A stretch of DNA of 32,000 nucleotides from Candidatus Saccharimonadota bacterium (GTDB lineage Bacteria; Patescibacteriota; Gracilibacteria; UBA4473): assembly GCA_963677105.1 (NCBI GenBank), contig OY781871.1, positions 120,001 through 152,000 of the forward strand, read 5' to 3'. The notes under the pieces are model-generated. The model ran no database searches, was not told where the DNA came from, and worked only from the letters and a program-made list of their open reading frames with translations. Below, piece by piece: positions 17,753-24,573 of this stretch. A program made the position numbers and the translations under genes. The number at the start of each line of letters is the position of its first letter. Position 1 is the stretch's first letter.

Positions 17753-18282
17753 AACATTCGGGTAGCGGGCAATTATTTTTGAAACGTTCCTACCCGGTGT
17801 TCCTCCTTCTCAGATCTTTCACACTTCAAGTTCCGGAGAGAATTAAGTAATTAATTCTCAAGTAACCCTTTTTTGATTCCTTGGTTCTCTCCGCTTTGCG
17901 ATGTCGTCTCCTAAGCCTAACCTCTTAGTTTAGATGCACCGCGAAACCGCGTAGAGGCAGATATTACGATTCGACTATCCTTAGACGACTCCGACCCATC
18001 TCGAAGCCGCCTCTCAATAGCCGGTTCGTGGTATTTTGAAAAATTTCCAAAGACCTCGTCTTTAGAAATTCTTCTTTCTTTTTTTACTATCCGTAGCCTA
18101 TAACTTCTTTGATTTCTTTTCAACGTTATTTCCTACATCATGGATACCGAGTGGAAACGCGGTCTTTAAAAATTTCCTCAGCAAGGCAGAGTTCGGGGGT
18201 GGTTTCCCCTTACTCCGTTCAGTCCTCTCAGTTGCACTTAATACTGCATTCTCGTAGAGATACTCTGGACGGAGTTTTTTTT
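17753..18282 (+). ncRNA. Unclassified structured non-coding RNA candidate of about 530 nt (strand inferred from promoter and terminator; could be two adjacent RNAs)
   Basis: There is no credible ORF. The region is visibly more G+C-rich than its flanks and contains many local helices: GGGTAG 17760-65 with CTACCC 17790-95; a 9-bp stem 17838-46/17851-59 with a GTAA loop; GTCGTCT 17903-09 with AGACGAC 17983-89; CGCG-AAAC-CGCG 17940-51; AATTTC/AAAGAC-CTC-GTCTTT/GAAATT 18042-70; and GGGG-TGGTTT-CCCC 18196-209. It ends with a 10-bp closing helix, CTCCGTTCAG 18213-22 with CTGGACGGAG 18265-74, followed by T8 (18275-82). Confidence 0.55.
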
Positions 18283-18288
18283 ATACAC

Positions 18289-18314
18289 AAAAAAAAGCGA
18301 AGCTTCCGCTTCGC
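18289..18314 (-). terminator. Rho-independent terminator of rpsA
   Basis: GCGAAGC (18297-18303) pairs with GCTTCGC (18308-18314), followed on the minus strand by a run of eight T (18296-18289). Confidence 0.8.
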
Positions 18315-18330
18315 CTTTCCGGTTTTCTAC

Positions 18331-18358
18331 TTTGGTATTTCCAGTTTGTTATTTGGAA
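18331..18358 (+). repeat. Phased heptad array TTTGGTA TTTCCAG TTTGTTA TTTGGAA
   Basis: Four contiguous 7-nt units, one of them with TTTC, between the rpsA stop codon and its terminator. Confidence 0.5.
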
Positions 18359-18383
18359 ACACAAAAATTTATTTTTGGGTCGA

Positions 18384-19439
18384 TTAGACTTTTTTCAAGT
18401 CAATTCGATGTGAATCAAAGTTAATTTCTTCAATTTCTCCAGAAAACTCTTCGCCTTCTTCAATCTTCAATTCTGTATGATCTTCCACTCCAAATTGTTC
18501 AAGACTAATTGCCCCCATAACTTCTTTTTCGATTTCCAAAAATACTCCATTTGCATTCCAACGAACCACTTTCCCAGATACTTTTTGTCCAACAGTATAT
18601 GCTGAAACTTTTTCTTTCCATGGATCTTCTGTTAACCGTTTCACTGAAAGCGATAATTTATCACTCTCGATACCAATTACTAATACTTCCACTTTATCTC
18701 CTAAAACATATTTTTTACCTGGATTTGAAACATGTCCCCAATCAAGCTCTGACAAGTGAACAAGTCCTTCTGCTCCTCCAAAAGTAACAAATATTCCAAA
18801 TTTAACGACTCCAGAAACATGTCCTTCGACAATATCTCCTACACGCAAATTTTTCAGTGTGTCTTTTTTCTGATCATCATATGCCGCACGCTCTGAAACA
18901 ATCAATTTTCCTTTTTCTCGATCTGCGTTTAAAACACGAACTACAAAATCTTTTCCCATATGATCCTGCAATCGACGTAAAATCTCTCCTGCTTCTGCAC
19001 CATCTACTCGTGGGTAATTAAGTGGTGTTAATTGTGATACTGGTAAAAATGCACGAATTCCTTTATATGAAGCCAAAAGTCCTCCTTTATTTGCTTCTGT
19101 AATTCTCACTTTCAACGTACGAGCATCGTCCATAGCTTCGTGAAGTTCTGCCCAAACTGCTTCTTGAGAAGCACGACGTAAAGACATTACCACTAAACCT
19201 AAATCATTTTCCGCATTAATAACAAATGCTTCTAACTGACTTCCAATTTCAACATCTTCAACTGTTACACCAAAACCTGTTGCTTCTTTTTTGGTAATAA
19301 TTCCAGTCATTCCCCCTTCTAAATCAATAAGAATTCGTGAAGAAGTAACATCCACTACTGTTCCTTTTACTGTTTGACCAGCACGATAAAGAACAGGCGT
19401 TGCCTTAGCGAGAAGGTTATCCATTTCTTTTACAACCAT
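18384..19439 (-). CDS. rpsA: 30S ribosomal protein S1 (four S1/OB repeats)
   Basis: Repeated S1-domain pattern (G..V.G.V......G..V.L..G..G..H.SE), for example VGDIVEGHVSGVVKFGIFVTFGGAEGLVHLSEL. Confidence 0.85.
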   Translation of the reverse strand: MVVKEMDNLLAKATPVLYRAGQTVKGTVVDVTSSRILIDLEGGMTGIITKKEATGFGVTVEDVEIGSQLEAFVINAENDLGLVVMSLRRASQEAVWAELHEAMDDARTLKVRITEANKGGLLASYKGIRAFLPVSQLTPLNYPRVDGAEAGEILRRLQDHMGKDFVVRVLNADREKGKLIVSERAAYDDQKKDTLKNLRVGDIVEGHVSGVVKFGIFVTFGGAEGLVHLSELDWGHVSNPGKKYVLGDKVEVLVIGIESDKLSLSVKRLTEDPWKEKVSAYTVGQKVSGKVVRWNANGVFLEIEKEVMGAISLEQFGVEDHTELKIEEGEEFSGEIEEINFDSHRIDLKKV

Positions 19440-19532
19440 CTGAATATATATGACACGAAGTAATAATTTTTACAGCGAGTGGAGAACTTGATCCGTCGTG
19501 TCGTTTCGGACTGCAAGACCACAAGCGCGCGT

Positions 19533-19560
19533 ACTATACAAGTACGTTTTTTTTTGTCAA
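19533..19560 (-). promoter_or_regulatory. Sigma70-like promoter of rpsA
   Basis: Read on the minus strand: TTGACA (19560-19555), 16-nt spacer, TATAGT (19538-19533). The predicted leader of about 87 nt begins with an imperfect long hairpin (19487-19525). Confidence 0.6.
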
Positions 19561-19661
19561 ACCGTCGCTGCTAAATTACAGCAATATTCGTACTTTGATC
19601 TTTTTATTTGATATTTAAAACAGAGCGACTTTACAATACTGTTCTTCGCTCTAAAATAATT

Positions 19662-20336
19662 ATGATGAAAAAATTATTAATTGCTCTTGCTTTGGGAATT
19701 GTTCCAATCTTTACTTCATATGCGACTGAATTAACTGCTCAAAATTGTATTGATTTTGGTACTTATTGGCTTGGAGAAGAAAATAGAACAACAACAAACT
19801 TTGATAAACTTCCCCTTTCTTTACAGGATGTTTTGCTAAAAAATGGACAACTGTATGAATGGGAAGCTTCTGAATTAGAAATTTCAAAAATAGAAGAAGA
19901 AATCGGTTCTGTACTTGTAGCTTGTATAAATGCAAATGAAAACACAGAAAAAAATATTAAAATTCAATATTTGAAACAGGCAACACTTATATTAGAAAAC
20001 ATAATCAATCATATAAAAACTATTGAAACACGTGCTAGAATGCCTTTCGTTCATCATGGAAATATTCTTCCTGGACCGAAAGAAGGAGAAAGTGGCTCTG
20101 ATTATGTGAAAAATAAATTTATTCCAAAATACATAAATGGAATGTTAATTTTTATGATATCAATGAGTATTCTCATGATTATTGTTGGAGGACTCATGTT
20201 TATATTTAGTTCTGGTGATTCAGATATGACTTCTCGAGCAAAAACAACTATCACATGGGCGATTGTTGGAGTTATTCTTACTATTCTTTCTTACTCTATT
20301 GTAAGATTTATTGTAGGAATTAATTTTTCACTGTAA
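19662..20336 (+). CDS. Secreted/membrane protein with a C-terminal two-TM TrbC/VirB2-like (T4SS-pilin-like) domain
   Basis: Signal peptide MMKKLLIALALGIVPIFTSYA. The C-terminus ...LMIIVGGLMFIFSSGDSDMTSRAKTTITWAIVGVILTILSYSIVRFIVG matches the hairpin pattern hydrophobic-GG..(Y/F)..S.GD....AK..I..A..G......SY.I, which I recall from the T4SS-pilin family common in CPR genomes. Confidence 0.6.
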   Translation: MMKKLLIALALGIVPIFTSYATELTAQNCIDFGTYWLGEENRTTTNFDKLPLSLQDVLLKNGQLYEWEASELEISKIEEEIGSVLVACINANENTEKNIKIQYLKQATLILENIINHIKTIETRARMPFVHHGNILPGPKEGESGSDYVKNKFIPKYINGMLIFMISMSILMIIVGGLMFIFSSGDSDMTSRAKTTITWAIVGVILTILSYSIVRFIVGINFSL

Positions 20337-20356
20337 TAATTATTTTCAACTCTTAA

Positions 20357-20384
20357 TTTGAACTTTGTAGTTTGTAATTTCAAG
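20357..20384 (+). repeat. Phased heptad array TTTGAAC TTTGTAG TTTGTAA TTTCAAG
   Basis: Four contiguous 7-nt units upstream of dnaB. Confidence 0.55.
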
Positions 20385-20451
20385 CGTAGCGCATTTGACT
20401 TTTCATTAAATTTCCGCCAAAAACGATGGGTAAATTCCCCCACAAAATTCG

Positions 20452-21825
20452 ATGAGTAAGTTTCCTGAGCTCGAAAAAAAATCAACTCCAAACTCTCCTG
20501 AAGCGGAACGTTCTGTTCTTGGATGTTTACTGTTGGACAAAGATTCTATTTTGCAAATTGTAGATTTACTTACTCCAAATGATTTTTATCACGATCAATA
20601 TCGAATTGTTTATGAAGCAATTATTAATTTATTTGGAAAATCTCAACCAATTGATCTGGTAACCGTTGCAACAAAATTACAATCACTCGGACAACTTGAA
20701 AATATTGGTGGACCTGAAGTCTTAGCCGAGTTACAAAACGAAGTTCCTGTAGCAACACACATATTTCAATACGCACAGATCGTAAAACATCGATCAACAT
20801 TACGAAAACTCATTTCAACTGGACAAGAAATTACTGCGCTCGGATATGATAGTGAAAAAAATGTAGAAGAACTTCTTGAGTCAGCAGAACAACGTGTTTT
20901 TGCAATTTCTCAGCAATTTCTAAAAGATCGATTTGTTCCTGTAAAAGATCTTTTGATGAAACGATATGAAATTATTTGTGAAATAAATGAAAACCCTGAA
21001 CTTGCAACAAAGAATAAGATTTCAACTGGATTTCGGGATCTTGATAATAAATTGAACTCTGGATTTAATCCTTCTGATTTGATTATTGTCGCAGCTCGTC
21101 CATCAATGGGAAAGACTGCTCTTGCTCTCAGAATGGCGCAATATGCTGCAATCAATGAAACAAAACATGTTGGAATTGTTTCATTAGAAATGTCTAAAGA
21201 ACAAGTAGTTGAACGTATGCTTTGTACTGAATTGGAAGTTGATTCATGGAAGCTTCACAAGGGAAAACTCGATGACACAGATTTTGAACGAATGGGAGGT
21301 GTTTTGGATAAATTATCAAATGCTCCAATGTTTATTGATGACAGCATGGGAAGCTCTATTGCTGAATTACGAGCCAAAGCTCGACGTTTACAAATGGAAC
21401 ATGGTCTCGATATGTTAATTGTCGATTATTTACAATTGATGACTTCTGGAGGATCGAGTTCACAAATGGGAAATCGTGTACAAGAAATTTCTGAAATTTC
21501 ACGAAGTTTGAAACAACTTGCTCGAGAACTTCACATTCCAGTTGTTGCACTTTCTCAGCTTTCTCGTAGTGTAGAAAGTCGTCCAGATAAGCGACCAATT
21601 CTCTCTGATCTTCGTGATTCAGGATCTATCGAACAAGATGCAGATATTGTAATGATGCTCTATCGTGATGATTATTATAATCCTGATAGTGAAAACCCAA
21701 ACGAACTCGAAATAAATGTCATTAAACACCGTAACGGTTCTATTGGACGAGTAAGTATTAGTTTTGATCGAAAACGCATGAAATTCTCAGACCTTTCTCC
21801 AGATCAGCGAAACGATTTTCATTAA
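20452..21825 (+). CDS. dnaB: Replicative DNA helicase DnaB
   Basis: N-terminal PNSPEAERSVLGCLL, Walker A ARPSMGKTA, Walker B LIVDYLQLM, and the SQLSR and IEQDAD motifs. Confidence 0.92.
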   Translation: MSKFPELEKKSTPNSPEAERSVLGCLLLDKDSILQIVDLLTPNDFYHDQYRIVYEAIINLFGKSQPIDLVTVATKLQSLGQLENIGGPEVLAELQNEVPVATHIFQYAQIVKHRSTLRKLISTGQEITALGYDSEKNVEELLESAEQRVFAISQQFLKDRFVPVKDLLMKRYEIICEINENPELATKNKISTGFRDLDNKLNSGFNPSDLIIVAARPSMGKTALALRMAQYAAINETKHVGIVSLEMSKEQVVERMLCTELEVDSWKLHKGKLDDTDFERMGGVLDKLSNAPMFIDDSMGSSIAELRAKARRLQMEHGLDMLIVDYLQLMTSGGSSSQMGNRVQEISEISRSLKQLARELHIPVVALSQLSRSVESRPDKRPILSDLRDSGSIEQDADIVMMLYRDDYYNPDSENPNELEINVIKHRNGSIGRVSISFDRKRMKFSDLSPDQRNDFH

Positions 21826-21875
21826 TATTTTTTGTCATTCTGAACTCGATTCAAAATCTAAATCCGAACTACAAG

Positions 21876-21906
21876 AAAAACTCGGTCCTGCATACACAAG
21901 ACCGAG
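21876..21906 (-). terminator. Rho-independent terminator of the T9SS-domain gene
   Basis: CTCGGTC (21881-21887) pairs with GACCGAG (21900-21906), followed on the minus strand by TTTTTC. Confidence 0.65.
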
Positions 21907-21927
21907 GGTTAAATCAGATGATTAATG

Positions 21928-22680
21928 CTACTTCATAAGCAGCATTTTTTTGATATCCAAGAATGAGTCCGTTTTGAGTTTATAAAAATAAACTCCTGAC
22001 GCTATAGGATCTCCATTCCCGTCTTTCCCGTTCCAAGTAACTGAGTGACTTCCTGAAGTAAATTCAGAATAACTCTGTACTTTCTGCCCCTTAAGATTGA
22101 AGATTTCCAGTGTTGCCACTTCATCTTCTTTGACAGAAAAGCGAATCGTTGTTGTCGGGTTAAACGGATTTGGATAATTCTGAGACAACGCTGTCGCCAT
22201 CGGAATTTCCGGGGGATCATCTTCACCACCTCCACCTTGAAGAGTGACAGAAACCGGACCATGGAAGTCCGTAGTTCCGTCCAGCTCAATCGACTCAAGC
22301 CAGTAGAAGTAAGTGTGATCCATTTCTACTTCCTCATCCGTAAATGAATAGGAAGTTGTGATCGATTGGTTCATCGCCGTTATGATCGAAGAATTTACCC
22401 TCAATCCCTCGGAAACATTGCCCGTTTCTTCACGGTAAACATTGTAGCCAAGAAGATCTGTCTCAGATTGGGTTATCCAGTTTATCCGAGCAAAGTTTGA
22501 TGTTTGAACAGCAGTAAATGAAGATAGTTCAACTGGTAATGTTGAATCATCTATCATGTCAAAGACACCCGAAGATGCCATTGCAGATCCATCAAAGCTC
22601 CCTCCTTTCCCCATATCATTTATTGCCAATAAATTGGCGACGACGGCTAGTGTAAATATAATCACCATTATTTTTTTCAT
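21928..22680 (-). CDS. Secreted protein with a C-terminal T9SS type-A sorting domain
   Basis: Signal peptide, then VELSSFTAVQTS...INWITQSETDLLGYNVYR, and a C-terminus LSQNYPNPFNPTTTIRFSV...GVYFYKLK typical of Por/T9SS C-terminal domains. AAGGAGG lies 6 nt upstream of the ATG. Confidence 0.8.
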   Translation of the reverse strand: MKKIMVIIFTLAVVANLLAINDMGKGGSFDGSAMASSGVFDMIDDSTLPVELSSFTAVQTSNFARINWITQSETDLLGYNVYREETGNVSEGLRVNSSIITAMNQSITTSYSFTDEEVEMDHTYFYWLESIELDGTTDFHGPVSVTLQGGGGEDDPPEIPMATALSQNYPNPFNPTTTIRFSVKEDEVATLEIFNLKGQKVQSYSEFTSGSHSVTWNGKDGNGDPIASGVYFYKLKTDSFLDIKKMLLMK

Positions 22681-22691
22681 TTCTCGCCTCC

Positions 22692-24233
22692 TTATTGTGA
22701 TCTTACAAAACGGTAGCCATAGCGACCGTCTCTATTTCCATTTCCAAGAACCGCGTTTGAACGGTCTGATATACTCAGTGCTGACGCACTGTTATACCAA
22801 TTACCGCCCCTCATTCCTATTCCCAGATATCCACGATTTGCAGTTCCATCATATCCCGGCCAATCCGGAACAGAAGCAAATCCATCTGAAGTTAATTCTC
22901 CGGAACCATGTGTTCCTTCGAATAATCTTCCTTCTACACTCCCAAAGGAAACAATTCCTTCAGATAAATTTCCGCTCATATCTTGAACACCGTAAAAGGT
23001 GCATCCTGATATTTCACGATTCGATTGATTCGTAGCAAAAATTCCACTACGAAGTGGACCATGACCGCCATCTCCACCCAAAAATACCGTTTCTGCTGTT
23101 CTTGGGTGTCCATAGTTACACGATTGAAAATTCATTATCGTTTCTGTTCCATCTTCCAGACCAGAAATTGATAATGCAATTGCCCCACCGATTGTTGTAT
23201 TACCCCATGCAAATTGCCCAGGAATCGATATTTGATCTCCACGACAAGCTTTTTCGTATTCAAGCTCTGTCATGGGGCGCAAACCGGCCCATTCTGCATA
23301 GGCCATTGCATCTTGCGGAGATAGAAAACCCATGGCGCGATCCGGTCGGTCTGTCTGGAAATTAGGATAATTCCCAGACAGACTGTTTCTGTCTGTATTG
23401 TTGACGTGCCACAACTGTAAGGCCTGAGATTCTGTAAGAGTATTACAGAAATCTACCCAATCCCCTTCCGTCAATTCATACTTCATGATGTAAAATCCCT
23501 TATATCCGGTTGGATAATTAGGATTTGTTATGGTGGGTGTCTCATCTGAACCTATTCCATCATCTCCATCAATATAGATTCCTCCATATTGCCATAGTTG
23601 ATCGGAAATCCCTACCTGTGGAGGAACTGAACATTCAATCGTAATTGGTTCCGTTCCAATTAAAGCTGGGATTCCATCTCCAAAGAGATTTCCATCCGCT
23701 TCTTTCAAGGTAGAAGAACTATAAGAATCTCCAACATAGAACTGTTCTTCTGCGATATCGACCATTTCCTTAGCAAACATTCGAACTTCCACATCGATTT
23801 CACCGTTGGCGACATCATCAGCTGCGCAATTCCACTTGATTTTACAAGTAGAATAAATAACGTTCCCAGCACCTTGAGCATCTCTACGTATGATGACTCC
23901 TGTTTCAGGATTATCCGAAGTTGTATTCTCAATTATCGCTCCAGGTGGAGCAATATGTCCGTCTAACGATAACGTGCAGTGTCTCCACTCATCGTTATCG
24001 ATTCGAAATTTCGCGAAAATCCATGCAGCGTCCCAATTCGACGCCGAAAACTCGATCCCATCACCATTTTGACGCCATCCATTCTCCCAGACGACATCAG
24101 CGTTAATGAATGCTGTTCCATTTGCAGAATCGAAATCTGTAACAAGTACGTTTTCAATTTGCAGATTATTTGCCATCAACCCAACTGATAGCATGAATAC
24201 AAGCGCTATCGCGCAAAGTCGAAAATTTTTCAT
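22692..24233 (-). CDS. Secreted FGE-sulfatase / SUMF1-family (C-type-lectin-fold) domain protein
   Basis: Signal peptide, then FYIMKYELTEGDW, AMAYAEWAGLRPMTELEYEKACRG, YGVQDMSGNLSE, RGGNWYNSA and GYRFVRS motifs of the family. The start is set at ATG 24233, which has AAGGAGG-N6 upstream. The track start at 24239 is a TTG. Confidence 0.8.
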   Translation of the reverse strand: MKNFRLCAIALVFMLSVGLMANNLQIENVLVTDFDSANGTAFINADVVWENGWRQNGDGIEFSASNWDAAWIFAKFRIDNDEWRHCTLSLDGHIAPPGAIIENTTSDNPETGVIIRRDAQGAGNVIYSTCKIKWNCAADDVANGEIDVEVRMFAKEMVDIAEEQFYVGDSYSSSTLKEADGNLFGDGIPALIGTEPITIECSVPPQVGISDQLWQYGGIYIDGDDGIGSDETPTITNPNYPTGYKGFYIMKYELTEGDWVDFCNTLTESQALQLWHVNNTDRNSLSGNYPNFQTDRPDRAMGFLSPQDAMAYAEWAGLRPMTELEYEKACRGDQISIPGQFAWGNTTIGGAIALSISGLEDGTETIMNFQSCNYGHPRTAETVFLGGDGGHGPLRSGIFATNQSNREISGCTFYGVQDMSGNLSEGIVSFGSVEGRLFEGTHGSGELTSDGFASVPDWPGYDGTANRGYLGIGMRGGNWYNSASALSISDRSNAVLGNGNRDGRYGYRFVRSQ

Positions 24234-24511
24234 TTTCAACCTCCTTTATTGTTTTGTATTGGTTAACATCTCAATCCCTCTTTAAACTGAAGGCTTTCAC
24301 TCATATATGTTTTAATTTAATCATCTGATTTGTAAAATATCTTTGCTTTTTCAGCAGCTGATAAATGTATATTATACATTTCCACACTACCAGTAAAAAG
24401 CCAACTCTACGTTTACATAAATTTAAACAAAAAGTCAAATTCCATAAACGCTAAAATTTCACAAAATTCTGTCTAAAATCCACACTTTAAGTCTGCCTTT
24501 AAGTGTTAATT

Positions 24512-24553
24512 TTTGAACTTTGAAATTTGAACTTTGCACTTTGTAGTTTGGAG
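24512..24553 (+). repeat. Phased heptad array TTTGAAC TTTGAAA TTTGAAC TTTGCAC TTTGTAG TTTGGAG
   Basis: Six contiguous in-phase TTTGNAN units. This is the best example of the family seen in at least six intergenic regions. Confidence 0.7.
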
Positions 24554-24571
24554 TCCTGACTCCGTCAGGAC
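24553..24571. other. Perfect 8-bp hairpin GTCCTGAC-TCC-GTCAGGAC, 2 nt past the stop of the giant gene
   Basis: Seen directly in the sequence. No T-run follows on the gene (minus) strand, so it is not a canonical intrinsic terminator. Confidence 0.6.
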
Positions 24572-24573
24572 GA

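Noticed and set aside
17753-18282. Assignment of the structured locus to tmRNA, RNase P RNA, SRP RNA or an rRNA fragment
   Set aside because: There are only short matches. These are AUUCGAC on the plus strand; GAUGUAGGAA, GUGCAACUGAGAG and GUAAGGGGAAAC on the minus strand; and AGAUCUGAGAAGGAGGAACACCGG, which resembles a 16S segment. My rough estimates put matches of this length at chance level. No T-arm or CCA tail, no GAGGAAAGUCC / CGGCUUA P4 pair at a workable spacing, and no SRP GGAA/AGCA domain IV core were found on either strand.
17917-18387. Track ORFs 17917-18123 (minus, 68 aa) and 18109-18387 (plus, 92 aa) as protein-coding genes
   Set aside because: They lie inside the hairpin-rich locus and run across two terminators. 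Their composition is Arg/Ser-rich and low-complexity, and they show no recognisable motif. They are most likely chance ORFs in G+C-richer non-coding sequence.
19531-19557. Plus-strand hairpin CGTACT-ATACA-AGTACG followed by T9, as a rho-independent terminator or small-RNA 3' end
   Set aside because: No plus-strand gene or promoter lies upstream. On the minus strand the same bases form the spacer and -10 region of a good TTGACA-N16-TATAGT promoter placed correctly for rpsA.
22692-22830. C-terminus of the FGE-sulfatase (C-type lectin fold) protein as the variable region of a diversity-generating retroelement
   Set aside because: This fold is a classic DGR target. However, I found no second near-identical copy (template repeat) of this segment anywhere in the window, and no reverse transcriptase or Avd-like gene.
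21857-24491. Calling the two-gene insert a defined mobile element
   Set aside because: There is no integrase, transposase, tRNA target or clean inverted repeats. The flanking direct repeats are imperfect (about 16 of 20 positions) in AT-rich DNA. It is therefore reported only as a putative foreign insert.
24512-24553. Heptad arrays as a CRISPR array or a conventional iteron origin
   Set aside because: The period is 7 nt with no spacers, the arrays are 21-42 nt long and dispersed, and no cas, rep or DnaA-box context is present.
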